Notes under the pieces: generated by a model
The model's database searches: none
Told to the model about the DNA's origin: nothing
Seen by the model: only the letters and a program-made list of their open reading frames with translations
Assembly (NCBI GenBank): GCA_046497275.1
Contig: JAWOFX010000050.1
Coordinates: 8,937-40,936, forward strand
Reading direction: 5' to 3'
Source: Promethearchaeia archaeon
Lineage (GTDB): Archaea; Asgardarchaeota; Lokiarchaeia; Sigyniarchaeales; SOKP01
DNA length: 32,000 bases
Translations under genes and position numbers: made by a program
In this document: positions 1-9,458 of the stretch, one piece after another
Layout of the letters: every line of letters begins with the position of its first letter
Position numbering within the stretch: position 1 is the first letter of the stretch

Positions 1-1051
1 CTAATATTTCTTTTTTAGATTTCGATAGATTTGTTTGCAATTCAAAAGGATATACAATATTCACTTTAGATTTCTTGTGATAACTTAAAATTCTCTTTCT
101 AGTCAAATATATCGCATATTGTGAATTATCTACTCCAATCCATCTTCTATGTAATTTTTCAGCAGCAAAAAGTGTAGTACCTGAACCACAAAAAAAATCC
201 GCTACAAGATCATCTTTGTTTGTACCAATTTTAATTATTCTTTCCAATAGTTTATGGTGTTTTTGTGTTGGATAACCAGTCCATTGTTTTGATGCTGGTT
301 GTAAGCATGGGATCCTCCAGACGTCATCTAATTTTTTATCTTTCACAATTCTATAGATCACATGACCATTTTTATCTTTCGCATTTTTCAAAGTTCCATC
401 AATCATCACCCGTTTTAATTGCTTAATAGGTTTCTCACGCGGAATCCGTAATTGATTAAATTTGTGGGTATCCGATTTAGAATATACAAGTATATCATCG
501 TGAGCTCTGGGCAAATTATATTTCCCAGCACTATATTTGTTATAATAATACCATACAATTGAGTTTACAAAATTCTTCTCTCCAAAAATCTCATCCATAA
601 TGGCTCGAATATAATGATTAGCATGCCAATCTAGATGAATAAAAATCAAACCGTGGAGAGATAACAATTTTTCAAATACAATAATTCTTTTATAAATCAT
701 ATTTAAGTATGAATCTAAATCATTTTGCCATTTATCATGATAAGCAATGTTTTCAACATCCTCCTCATCTTCAAATATTTGGATATTATAATTAGTCCCT
801 GAAAAAAAAGGGGGGTCAATATAAATTAAATCAATTTTATCTTTAAATTTAGGTAATAAATATGAAGCTACTCTAAGATTTTCACCCCAATAAAGCTTAT
901 TTTTCCAATTGTTAGATTTGGAGAATTGATCTAATTTTTTATAATTAGTAAGGGAATGGATTTCAATCCTTTCAAACTTATGATCTTTAGATTTTAACTT
1001 TTCTAAATACTCTCTCGATTCATCCTTGTTATTCCAAGTTAAATTTACCAT
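1..1051 (-). CDS. Site-specific DNA methyltransferase, beta class (N6-adenine/N4-cytosine; Type III Mod-like N-terminus), 3'-partial
   Basis: Not in the ORF track because it runs off the left edge. Manual translation from ATG at 1051: MVNLTWNNK...NKLYWGENL...IDLIYIDPPFFSG (motif IV)...GYPTQKHHKLLERII...VADFFCGSGTT (motif I)...RRWIGVDNS. Motif IV preceding motif I is the beta arrangement. Frame checked at the start, both motifs and the window edge. Confidence 0.92.
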   Translation of the reverse strand, partial: MVNLTWNNKDESREYLEKLKSKDHKFERIEIHSLTNYKKLDQFSKSNNWKNKLYWGENLRVASYLLPKFKDKIDLIYIDPPFFSGTNYNIQIFEDEEDVENIAYHDKWQNDLDSYLNMIYKRIIVFEKLLSLHGLIFIHLDWHANHYIRAIMDEIFGEKNFVNSIVWYYYNKYSAGKYNLPRAHDDILVYSKSDTHKFNQLRIPREKPIKQLKRVMIDGTLKNAKDKNGHVIYRIVKDKKLDDVWRIPCLQPASKQWTGYPTQKHHKLLERIIKIGTNKDDLVADFFCGSGTTLFAAEKLHRRWIGVDNSQYAIYLTRKRILSYHKKSKVNIVYPFELQTNLSKSKKEIL

Positions 1052-1121
1052 CTCTATCTAAATAATTATGCCTTTTCCTCTTTAAATTTTTATTATTAAT
1101 AGAATAAAAACCCAAAAAAAG

Positions 1122-2381
1122 TTAAAAAATAGGGAGAGAAAAGATATAAATCGTTAGAAAGGTGGAAGTAAAGAGAAGAGAAATCGTTATAGACTGATAA
1201 AAGATTAAATGAAGTAAATATTTTGTTCTATTTTTCTCCTTATCTAAAACTCGCAATGAATAAAATATTTTATTTATAATAGCAGCCGTAAGCCCTATGG
1301 CTAATAATAATAAAGCTTGAGCAATATTTACTAAACCACTTACATAACTCGTTGCTACAAACAAAGAGGAGGCTCCACCTGATAATAAACCAATTAAAAA
1401 GGAGATAATTGAATAGGCGATAAAATTTTTAAAAAAGAAATAATCTAATATAAAAGTGACTAAGAGTGCAAATGCATATGTTCCAGAAAAGATTAAGGCA
1501 CTCTTTAAAGAAAGGGGATTTTCAATTTTATCAAACTTCAACTTAGTCTCTTTTTTTCTTAAGATTAAGAAAGATCCAAATAAACCAACTGTTGCTGTCA
1601 AAAATATTGGTAAAAAAGCATATTCAAGTAAATCTATAGCTCCCAAAAGTATTATCAATATCATTCGACCTAGCATCGTCTGGATTACTAACCAGATGGA
1701 AGAAGATGAAGCTCCAATTTCCGCAAGTTGAACTGTGGTTGCTTCACTATGAGCAAAACCACCTAATAATGATATATAGTATAAATTATGCTCTGCTGAA
1801 TACTTTAATAGAAAATAACTAAAATATTTTATAGCTAAGATTGTTATGAATATGAAAATGATGGATCTTAGGTTGATATTTACGATAACTATATCTTCAG
1901 GGATTAGAATAAATAACAATACAACAATTGCAATAAATTCAACAGTACCCGTCCATTCTATTCTACGTAAGTTTTTAATTTTATAGAATTGCTTTTTTGT
2001 TGATAAAATAATTAGGAAGATGACAGATATAGCAATCGCTAACAAATAGTTATAAAAGGATAAAATTCCCACCACTATTGCTAACAGCATCGATAGAGTA
2101 GTAGTATATCCGGGATCCTCTTCATGAAATAGTCTATATACACTTCCAATTAAAAGAAATAAAATTATACCTCCAAGAGTGATAGTCAAAACCCAAATGC
2201 CCAAAACCTCTAAATAATTCTCATAAATAACAATTAAAGTAGTGGCAATCATAGAAACAAAAATATGATCTCGGGCTCCATATTGGGCGCTTTGTCGTGT
2301 TCTTTCGATTCCTATGATAAAACCACAGAAAAAAGATATAATAATTTTTAAAAAGAGATCGTAAAATTCTATTTGAGTCAT
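1122..2381 (-). CDS. MgtC/SapB-DUF4010 family integral membrane protein
   Basis: 419 aa polytopic membrane protein. N-terminal GFIIGIER...GARD...GYTT MgtC-like motifs are followed by a DUF4010-like region (LLGGFAHSEATT). Confidence 0.8.
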   Translation of the reverse strand: MTQIEFYDLFLKIIISFFCGFIIGIERTRQSAQYGARDHIFVSMIATTLIVIYENYLEVLGIWVLTITLGGIILFLLIGSVYRLFHEEDPGYTTTLSMLLAIVVGILSFYNYLLAIAISVIFLIILSTKKQFYKIKNLRRIEWTGTVEFIAIVVLLFILIPEDIVIVNINLRSIIFIFITILAIKYFSYFLLKYSAEHNLYYISLLGGFAHSEATTVQLAEIGASSSSIWLVIQTMLGRMILIILLGAIDLLEYAFLPIFLTATVGLFGSFLILRKKETKLKFDKIENPLSLKSALIFSGTYAFALLVTFILDYFFFKNFIAYSIISFLIGLLSGGASSLFVATSYVSGLVNIAQALLLLAIGLTAAIINKIFYSLRVLDKEKNRTKYLLHLIFYQSITISLLFTSTFLTIYIFSLPIF

Positions 2382-2536
2382 TTCTATATAGAACTATATA
2401 TTCTTTCGCTTATATTAATAAAATCAATTTTACTCTTAAATTTATTGATAATTGATTTAAATTTAAGGAAACCTATTTTATAGATAGTAGAATGCTCTAA
2501 GTTTTACACTAAAAAAAATAAAAAGGGGTTGCTAAA

Positions 2537-3337
2537 ATGGTAGAGTTAAAAATTGGGTGTGCAGGATGGAGTTATGATGATTGGATTGAAACATTCTATC
2601 CCAAACATCTAAATAGATCTGACCATCTAAATTTCTATTCTAAATATTTTAACCTCGTAGAAATAAATGCTACTTTTTATAACCTCTCTTCTAAAGAAAT
2701 GGTATTCAATTGGAATAATCGCGTACCTGAAGATTTTCGATTTGCAGTAAAAGTTTGGAAAGAAATAACTCATAAATATGAACAAGAAGACCTTAATTAT
2801 GTAATATATCAATTTTTTGAACAATTAAGACCGTTAAATGATAAAGTTGATTATTACCTATTACAATTTCCTCCTTGGTTTAAATATTCAGATAAGCATG
2901 TTGAATACTTAAGAAAAATTATTGATTTACTTCCTTCGAATAATAAATATGTAATTGAATTGAGAGATAATTCTTGGTTTGACGAGAATATTATCAAAAT
3001 ACTAACTAAGAAATCAAATATTATAATTGCAACCTCTTATATAGAGGAGATCATACCTTATTACGCTCCAAATCAAAATTCCTATTATATTCGGTTAATT
3101 GGAGATAGACAAATCCAATCTTTTAAAATTGTTCAGCGAAAAAAAGAAGAAGAAATCACTCAATTGATTAATAAAATACAAGAACTAAAGGCGAATAAAA
3201 ATGTAAAGGAAATTTTTATCATAGTAAATAATCATTATACAGGATTTGCTCCAGAGACGGCAAATGAATTAAAAAAGAAATTAGGCCACCCATATCATCA
3301 ATTCTCAAAGCAAAAAAGCTTATCTGATTTTATATAA
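2537..3337 (+). CDS. DUF72 (UPF0759/YecE) family protein
   Basis: IGCAGWSY..W...FYP, VEINATFY, FRFAVK, LLQFPP, IELR..SW, YIRL.G and NNHY.G.A motifs. Confidence 0.92.
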   Translation: MVELKIGCAGWSYDDWIETFYPKHLNRSDHLNFYSKYFNLVEINATFYNLSSKEMVFNWNNRVPEDFRFAVKVWKEITHKYEQEDLNYVIYQFFEQLRPLNDKVDYYLLQFPPWFKYSDKHVEYLRKIIDLLPSNNKYVIELRDNSWFDENIIKILTKKSNIIIATSYIEEIIPYYAPNQNSYYIRLIGDRQIQSFKIVQRKKEEEITQLINKIQELKANKNVKEIFIIVNNHYTGFAPETANELKKKLGHPYHQFSKQKSLSDFI

Positions 3338-3450
3338 TTTGATTTAAGGTTATTTAAGATCACAAATCTTAAGCAGATTATTCCTTTAATAATTAGTTTT
3401 ATATTTTATACCGTGAAAATGATATAATAACAATATAGGTGGTGATCATA

Positions 3451-3987
3451 ATGAATAAAAAACCAGAAAATAATGTCGGTAAGGAATTGTTTTTAGATAA
3501 AATCGAAAAATTATCTCTTCAAATTGAGAAATTAACATCTGAAATCTCTCAAATGAAACATAAACTGGATAAAAGCAATAAAATAAACCGGTCATTCGGA
3601 TTGAAATCCTTGCAGAAATCCGAACCACTTAATTTTACCAAAGAAGTATTTGGCATTGGAAGCCCAACCAAACGTTACTTGCTATCAATCAGAGCCATTA
3701 CTGAGATTTGGAAAAATCGCAAGAATGATTTTTTGATCACCATAAGACAGCAAGAGAAAGAAACTCACAAAGATCTAAAAGCATTGGGGATTAGAATTCC
3801 AATTGAAGATATTAAACAGCTAAGAACTCTTTCACGAGAGATCCTTTCATTATTATATGTAGCTTGCGAACTTAAAAATGTGGAAATTAATGAAATTCTA
3901 AGAGAGGTTTTGCAAGAAATTAATGAGGATGGCTTAGATATGGTGCGAGAGATTAAAAATATCATGGTTTTAAAATCTCATCCTTAA
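3451..3987 (+). CDS. Hypothetical protein: N-terminal coiled coil plus possible PC4/Sub1-like domain
   Basis: Clean 178-aa ORF. The ATG at 3451 lies 5 nt after GGTGA (3441-3445), so the start is moved from 3439. Heptad segment KIEKLSLQIEKLTSEISQMKHKL. The fold guess is inference only. Confidence 0.6.
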   Translation: MNKKPENNVGKELFLDKIEKLSLQIEKLTSEISQMKHKLDKSNKINRSFGLKSLQKSEPLNFTKEVFGIGSPTKRYLLSIRAITEIWKNRKNDFLITIRQQEKETHKDLKALGIRIPIEDIKQLRTLSREILSLLYVACELKNVEINEILREVLQEINEDGLDMVREIKNIMVLKSHP

Positions 3988-4074
3988 TATTTAAAGAAAT
4001 ACTAAAAAGGTGTAAAATCTTTTTATAGAAATAAAAAGTAAATTGATATTATAAGAAATTGAAAGGTGAAAATA

Positions 4075-4866
4075 ATGAATTATGAGGATATCATATTTGA
4101 AAAGAAGAATAAAATAGCGAGGATTACTATTAATCGACCAGAACGGTATAATGCATGTACTCAACGTACAGTTCATGAATTAATTGATGCTCTTAATCAA
4201 TGTATGAATAAAGAAATAGGGGTTGTTGTTTTTACAGGTAAGGGTGAAAAAGCATTTTGTACCGGTGGGGATCAAACAACTCGGGACAAGGGAGGCTACA
4301 AAGGGGAGCAGATGTTGCCCTTAGAAGTTGGCTGGCAGCGTGTTACTTTTTTAATCCGTACATTGCCAAAACCTGTTATTGCCCGAGTAAATGGTTTTGC
4401 TATCGGAGGAGGTCATGTCTGGCATGTTAATTGTGATTTGAGTATCGCAGCTGAACATGCGGAATTAGGGCAAGCAGGACCGCGGGTTGGTTCATTTGAC
4501 CCTGGCTATGGTACCGGAGATTTAATGAGAGCTGTTGGCATCAAGCGTGCAAAAGAAATATGGTTTTTATGCCGTAGATATCCTGCACAGAAAGCTTTAG
4601 AAATGGGACTTGTGAATGCAGTAGTTCCCTATGAGAAATTAGACGAAGAAGTAGATAAATGGTGTCAAGAAATTTTAGATAAAAGCCCTACTGCATTAAA
4701 AATGTTGAAATATGCCTTTTTGGCTGAAACGGATGGAGTAAGTGGAATAACACAATTAGGTGTTGGAGGTCTATCGCTTTATTATGGGACCGATGAGGCA
4801 GTGGAAGGAAAAAATGCTTTTGTTGAACGTCGAAAACCTGATTTCAATCAATATAGGGAAAAGTGA
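4075..4866 (+). CDS. MenB/BadI-family crotonase (naphthoyl-CoA synthase-like or 2-ketocyclohexanecarboxyl-CoA hydrolase-like)
   Basis: FCTGGDQ, PKPVIARVNGFAIGGG, GQAGPRVGSFDPGYGT, EIWFLCRRY, LYYGTDEA.EG.NAF.ERRKPDF. ATG 4075 lies 5 nt after GGTGA (4065-4069). Confidence 0.85.
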   Translation: MNYEDIIFEKKNKIARITINRPERYNACTQRTVHELIDALNQCMNKEIGVVVFTGKGEKAFCTGGDQTTRDKGGYKGEQMLPLEVGWQRVTFLIRTLPKPVIARVNGFAIGGGHVWHVNCDLSIAAEHAELGQAGPRVGSFDPGYGTGDLMRAVGIKRAKEIWFLCRRYPAQKALEMGLVNAVVPYEKLDEEVDKWCQEILDKSPTALKMLKYAFLAETDGVSGITQLGVGGLSLYYGTDEAVEGKNAFVERRKPDFNQYREK

Positions 4867-4873
4867 TTATAAA

Positions 4874-5725
4874 TTGGATATTAAAAACGTTTGTGTAATC
4901 GGCGCTGGTACCATGGGTTCAGGTATCGCACAAATATGCGCAATTAATGGTTATACTGTGAATTTAGTTGATTTAAACACGGATATCTTGGAGGAAGCAA
5001 AAAATTCAATTAAGGAAAATCTAAACAGATTTTTTATCTCAAAAGGTAAAATTACAGAAGAAGAAGGAAAAAATGTTATTAATAAAATTAATCTTTTGCT
5101 TGAAACAGAAAAAGCAGTAAAAGATGTGCAAATGGTAATCGAAGCAGTCTTCGAAGATATGAATTTGAAACAAAATCTATTCTCTGACTTAGATAACTTA
5201 TGCGAAAATAAAGTAATTCTTGCTTCTAATACATCTTCACTAAGTATTACAGATATAGCTTCGAAAGCTAAAAATCAAGAAAGAATTGTTGGTATTCATT
5301 TCTTTAATCCCGCTCCAATTATGAAATTAATTGAATTAGTAAAAGGAGAGAAAACGTCTAAAGAAGTAATACAAATATCAAAAAATTTCTCAGAAAGTCT
5401 TAATAAAACCGTTGTAATAGTTAATGATGCCCCAGGATTTGTAACTACTCGCTTAATTTATGTATTATGTAACGAGGCTATAAAACTTTTAGAAGGAGGT
5501 ATTGCTAAGCCTGAGGATATTGATACCGCTTGTAAATTAGCATTTAATTTTCCAATGGGACCGATTGAGCTTTCGGATTTAGTCGGTAATGACATTTATT
5601 ACCATGTTGGAAAATATTTGGGAAAAGAATTAGGAAAATTTTATAAACCTAGCCCTAAACTTAAAGAATTGGTTGATAAAAATCTTCTAGGAAGAAAAAC
5701 AAAAAAAGGTTTTTATACTTATTGA
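4874..5725 (+). CDS. 3-hydroxyacyl-CoA (3-hydroxybutyryl-CoA) dehydrogenase
   Basis: VIGAGTMGSGIA, VIEAVFE, LASNTSS, IHFFNPAP.MKLIE, PGFV..R, FPMGP.EL.D.VG.D, GRKT.KGFY. The start is trimmed to TTG 4874 because the track's 4760 start overlaps the upstream gene. Confidence 0.92.
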   Translation: MDIKNVCVIGAGTMGSGIAQICAINGYTVNLVDLNTDILEEAKNSIKENLNRFFISKGKITEEEGKNVINKINLLLETEKAVKDVQMVIEAVFEDMNLKQNLFSDLDNLCENKVILASNTSSLSITDIASKAKNQERIVGIHFFNPAPIMKLIELVKGEKTSKEVIQISKNFSESLNKTVVIVNDAPGFVTTRLIYVLCNEAIKLLEGGIAKPEDIDTACKLAFNFPMGPIELSDLVGNDIYYHVGKYLGKELGKFYKPSPKLKELVDKNLLGRKTKKGFYTY

Positions 5726-5777
5726 ATCCTCCTCTTTTCATAAATTTTTATTTTATAAAAAATTTAGTTAACTAATC

Positions 5778-6686
5778 TTAGGGATTCAAAAAATCGGGAT
5801 CAAGATATTCAGGATTGGGATATTCATAAAATCCTTTACCCGTTTTTATCCCAAGATCACCTCTCTGAATTTTTTCTAAAAGTGCTTTTGGAGGAAGATC
5901 TTTTGGATCCTTTGAATCATTATAATATACCATTTCAATATCATAAACAACATCTAATCCTACTTTATCCATAAGAGCAAAGGGACCTTCCTTGGCTCCT
6001 GTAAATACCATCCATGCACGATCCACATCTTTAAAATCAACAAAACCATTTCCCCACATATATAGGGTTTCACGCTTGATTGCTCTCCAAACACGATTAA
6101 AACAAAAGCCCAATAGTTCCTTTTTTACAGTGAGTGGTATAAAATTTAAAGAGCGAACCCATTCTATTCCTTTTTGTAATATTTCAGGGTTTGTTTTAGT
6201 TCCTCCCATAACATCTACTATATTTAATCCTTGTAATGGAAAATAGAAATGTATATTTAAACAAGAATTAGGACGTCCACTGCTTTCCTCTAATCTGGAT
6301 ACGGGAATCGAAGAGCTATTGGTTGCTATAATAGCATTCGGTGATGTATGTTCCCCAATTTGTTTGAATATTTCTCTTTTAAGATCAATCTTCTCAGGAA
6401 CTGCTTCAATAACTAATTCCGCATTCCTAACAGCATCTCTAATATTATTCTCTTGCCTAATCTTATTTATACAGTCTTTCCATTTATCCATCGGGATTAA
6501 GGGCTTTATTTCTTTGCTTTCCATTTCTAAATGGAGTTTCTTGAAATTTCTCTCAAGCGCTCCAAGTTGAGGATCATAGGTTCTAACATCATAATTATTA
6601 TAAGCAGCTATCATAGAGATTTGAGTCCCCAATGTACCAGTACCTATGACAGAAACTTTTTCTAAAGGTCTATTATTTTTTTTCAT
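5778..6686 (-). CDS. 3-hydroxyacyl-CoA dehydrogenase family protein (divergent active site)
   Basis: IGTGTLG, VIEAVPE, ATNSSS, GFCFNR, GPF..MD.VGLD, LG.KTGKGFY. The catalytic segment reads HFYFP...IVDV. Confidence 0.88.
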   Translation of the reverse strand: MKKNNRPLEKVSVIGTGTLGTQISMIAAYNNYDVRTYDPQLGALERNFKKLHLEMESKEIKPLIPMDKWKDCINKIRQENNIRDAVRNAELVIEAVPEKIDLKREIFKQIGEHTSPNAIIATNSSSIPVSRLEESSGRPNSCLNIHFYFPLQGLNIVDVMGGTKTNPEILQKGIEWVRSLNFIPLTVKKELLGFCFNRVWRAIKRETLYMWGNGFVDFKDVDRAWMVFTGAKEGPFALMDKVGLDVVYDIEMVYYNDSKDPKDLPPKALLEKIQRGDLGIKTGKGFYEYPNPEYLDPDFLNP

Positions 6687-6737
6687 ATTTTTGCCCTCAT
6701 TTATAGTATTTTAAACTTCAAATAACAATATTTCTCC

Positions 6738-7883
6738 TTAATTTAACTCCTCACGTGCAATTATTAAATATTGAATTTCGGTTGTTCCCCCGCCGATCAT
6801 AAAGAATTTTGCATCTCTAAAATATCGTTCAACTGAATAGTTATCTGTATATCCACTTCCTCCATGTATTTGAATTGCATCTGAGGCGATCTTTACCGCA
6901 TTTTTACTTGAGAACGCTTTTGCCATAGATGCTTCTTTAACGAGGTTGATATTTAATTCATGCAATTTTGCTGCACTATAAGTCAATAATCTTGAGGCTC
7001 TTAGATTTGTTGCCATTTTTGCAATTTTCAATCTTATTATTTGAAAACGTGAGATTGGTTTATCGAATTGTAGATTATTTTTAGCATATTTTTTAGAATC
7101 TTCTAAAGCTGCCATTGAAATTCCATTACATTCAGAACTGAGCGTAATTCTTTCTACATTAAAAGTAGCCATTAAATTGTCAAATCCTTTTCCCTCATCG
7201 CCTATCATATTTTCTTCGGGGACTTCTACATTTTCAAGTTTAAGTATTCCATTATGTAATCCATGCATACCGCATAAAGCATATGGATTTTCAACCTTAA
7301 ATCCAGGTGTGTCTTTTTCAACCATAAATACGCTCATTCCATTTCTTGGATCAACATTCTGATTAGTAATGGCCCATATAAAATAATAATCTGCAATTCC
7401 TGCATTAGTTATAAATCTTTTTGTACCATTCAGAATATAATTATTGCCTTTTTTCTCTGCTTTTGTTTTAATTCCAGCTACATTTGAACCCGCCTCTTCC
7501 TCTGTAACGCAAATAGAACATAATTTTTCGCCAATAGCCATTTTTTTTAAATATTTTTCTTTTTGTTCCTCGTTTCCATAATTCGTAATTAGATAATTCA
7601 TCAAAATACAAGGTGTTCTTATAACTGAAACTGCTACATTCATTCGTGCGATTTCTTCTGTAATAATGCAATGAGCTATCATCCCCAATTCAGTGCCATT
7701 ATATCTTATAGGAACTAAAGTCCCAATATATCCATGATTACCAATCTTTTTGATTATAGAAATAGGAATTTCCTTTTTCTTATTGATTTCATCTTTAATT
7801 GGAGCTAATTCCTTAGATAAGAATTCTCTGATTTCATTCTTTAAAGCGATATGTTCTTCTGAAAAAAACAATTTATTCATCAT
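6738..7883 (-). CDS. Acyl-CoA dehydrogenase
   Basis: CVTEEEAGSN, LNGTKRFITNAG, FNVERI, QF.KPISRFQ, QIHGG.GY, ERYFRDAK...IGGGTTEIQ. Confidence 0.93.
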   Translation of the reverse strand: MMNKLFFSEEHIALKNEIREFLSKELAPIKDEINKKKEIPISIIKKIGNHGYIGTLVPIRYNGTELGMIAHCIITEEIARMNVAVSVIRTPCILMNYLITNYGNEEQKEKYLKKMAIGEKLCSICVTEEEAGSNVAGIKTKAEKKGNNYILNGTKRFITNAGIADYYFIWAITNQNVDPRNGMSVFMVEKDTPGFKVENPYALCGMHGLHNGILKLENVEVPEENMIGDEGKGFDNLMATFNVERITLSSECNGISMAALEDSKKYAKNNLQFDKPISRFQIIRLKIAKMATNLRASRLLTYSAAKLHELNINLVKEASMAKAFSSKNAVKIASDAIQIHGGSGYTDNYSVERYFRDAKFFMIGGGTTEIQYLIIAREELN

Positions 7884-8058
7884 TCATCCCTTTTTTAAAA
7901 TCGTAATAACAAAGATATTGAAATTATAAGGAGATTTTTTTCTTAATATCTATTGTATGTTACTCTATCAAGACAATATTTATAGTATTAGTATCTAAAA
8001 TTTCATGAATTTCAAATTTTAAAGAATATGAGATATGAAAGGAAGAAATAATTCTTAA

Positions 8059-8259
8059 CTAAGCTTCCATAGATGCGGGTTCAGGATCTTTCTTATTAAC
8101 AGCATTCTGATACTCTCCTTTAACCTCACTTAAATCAAGAGTCACTACTGTATGCCCAGAATGTTTTTTTTCAAATTCCTTTAACATAAAATTACTTTGT
8201 ACGTTGCTTGGATGGATTGGAAGATATTCTTTACATTTAATACATGCTCTTACTCTCAA
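8059..8259 (-). CDS. Small putative zinc-binding protein (CxxC...HxxH)
   Basis: 66 aa. TTG start 5 nt after GGTGA (8269-8265). ACIKC and KHSGH motifs. Fills the intergenic gap. Confidence 0.7.
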   Translation of the reverse strand: MRVRACIKCKEYLPIHPSNVQSNFMLKEFEKKHSGHTVVTLDLSEVKGEYQNAVNKKDPEPASMEA

Positions 8260-8405
8260 TTAAATCACCTAAAACCTAATTAAGTTTTAAAAAAATTAGA
8301 AATATTTTAAACTAATCCTTAAAAATTATAAATTTTAAGTTCACCTTCTTATCTTGTAACGATAAAAAAAACATATTCTAAAGAAACTAGATTTATATAT
8401 TTATT

Positions 8406-8804
8406 ATGAAAGGTTCTTATATACTTATTATTGAATTGGCTAAATCTCTTAAATTGAAAATAGGAGCTCTAGGTGAAATTGAGTTTTTTCCAGGATTTTA
8501 TGCTTATATAGGTTCCGCGATGGGTAAAATTGGGTCTTCTACTTTACTTAATAGAGTTAAAAGACATCTAAAAGCTCCCGCAGAAAAAAAATCTCACTGG
8601 CATATCGATTATCTCCTCAATGATGAAAATACTAATATTGTTAAAATATTACTCTGCCCTTGTAAAACAAAATTAGAATGTATTCTCGCTGATGAAATAA
8701 AAAATAATGCTGATGATTTAATTCTAGGATTTGGCTGTTCTGATTGTAAATGTGACACTCATCTATTTTATTTTAAAGATTTTTATTTAAACCTATTATT
8801 TTAG
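8406..8804 (+). CDS. DUF123 / GIY-YIG (Uri) family nuclease
   Basis: KGSYILII, FYAYIGSAMG, NRVKRH, HWHIDYLL, LEC, GFGCSDCKC.THLFY. Confidence 0.9.
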   Translation: MKGSYILIIELAKSLKLKIGALGEIEFFPGFYAYIGSAMGKIGSSTLLNRVKRHLKAPAEKKSHWHIDYLLNDENTNIVKILLCPCKTKLECILADEIKNNADDLILGFGCSDCKCDTHLFYFKDFYLNLLF

Positions 8805-9299
8805 TAAAATAATGAGGGATATAAATAAAATAATTAACATTATTTCAGGAATAATTCCATATTTTTTATAGTTTAAATTTGGCAACCAAAAAAAGATTTT
8901 TTCACGGATTATATCAATTACATTAGAATGGATAAAATATTTCTCCCCCCAGTTTTCAATGTTTTCCTTTTTCTTCTTTCTATTTTGAATCGGTCTTAAT
9001 ATTGCCCAGTCCCATATATCAACTAAATTGGCAGATATAGCCCCAAGCCAATATGGAATGAAGAAATAAATAGCTGCTCCCAGAGAGGCAATAAGGATAA
9101 TAATATGCCAGATTACCCAAAACTTATCTTCCTTATGAGCTTCTGGAGTATGATATGTAATTTTTGCTAAAGCATCAATAAAAAAATGAGAAAAAAATGA
9201 GAAGATTATTGTAAGGATAAAATTCCATGGGAAAATGAAATATTTGAAGCCCACTATCTGTAAAACTACTCCAATTAATATATGAGTTATAGCTTCCAA
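8796..9299 (-). CDS. Membrane protein, possible membrane-bound metal-dependent hydrolase
   Basis: Several hydrophobic helices with THILIG, SHFFIDAL and additional His/Asp residues. TTG start. 9-bp convergent overlap with DUF123. Confidence 0.55.
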   Translation of the reverse strand: MEAITHILIGVVLQIVGFKYFIFPWNFILTIIFSFFSHFFIDALAKITYHTPEAHKEDKFWVIWHIIILIASLGAAIYFFIPYWLGAISANLVDIWDWAILRPIQNRKKKKENIENWGEKYFIHSNVIDIIREKIFFWLPNLNYKKYGIIPEIMLIILFISLIILLK

Positions 9300-9458
9300 A
9301 GTATTTTTTTTTAAAGAAATAATTTTTGATAAGATTGTTTATTACTTTAAATCTAAACTACTTGTTAAAAGTTTTAAAAATTTTTAAACCATTAGGATGA
9401 ATTATTATTAAATAATAATAACAAGAAATAAAAAAAATAACACGAAAAGTGAAAAATT

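Noticed and set aside
801-815. A8 plus G6 homopolymers within the methyltransferase as a possible phase-variation tract
   Set aside because: They simply encode Pro-Pro-Phe-Phe of the catalytic motif, the frame is intact, and A/T8 runs are common throughout the window.
2382-2393. Perfect 12-bp palindrome TTCTATATAGAA upstream of the MgtC/DUF4010 start
   Set aside because: Palindromes of this size are expected repeatedly by chance in such AT-rich DNA, and no second copy was noticed at another promoter.
4760-4873. N-terminal extension of the 3-hydroxyacyl-CoA dehydrogenase in the ORF track
   Set aside because: It overlaps the crotonase C-terminus by more than 100 nt, and homology begins at TTG 4874 (LDIKNVCVIGAG).
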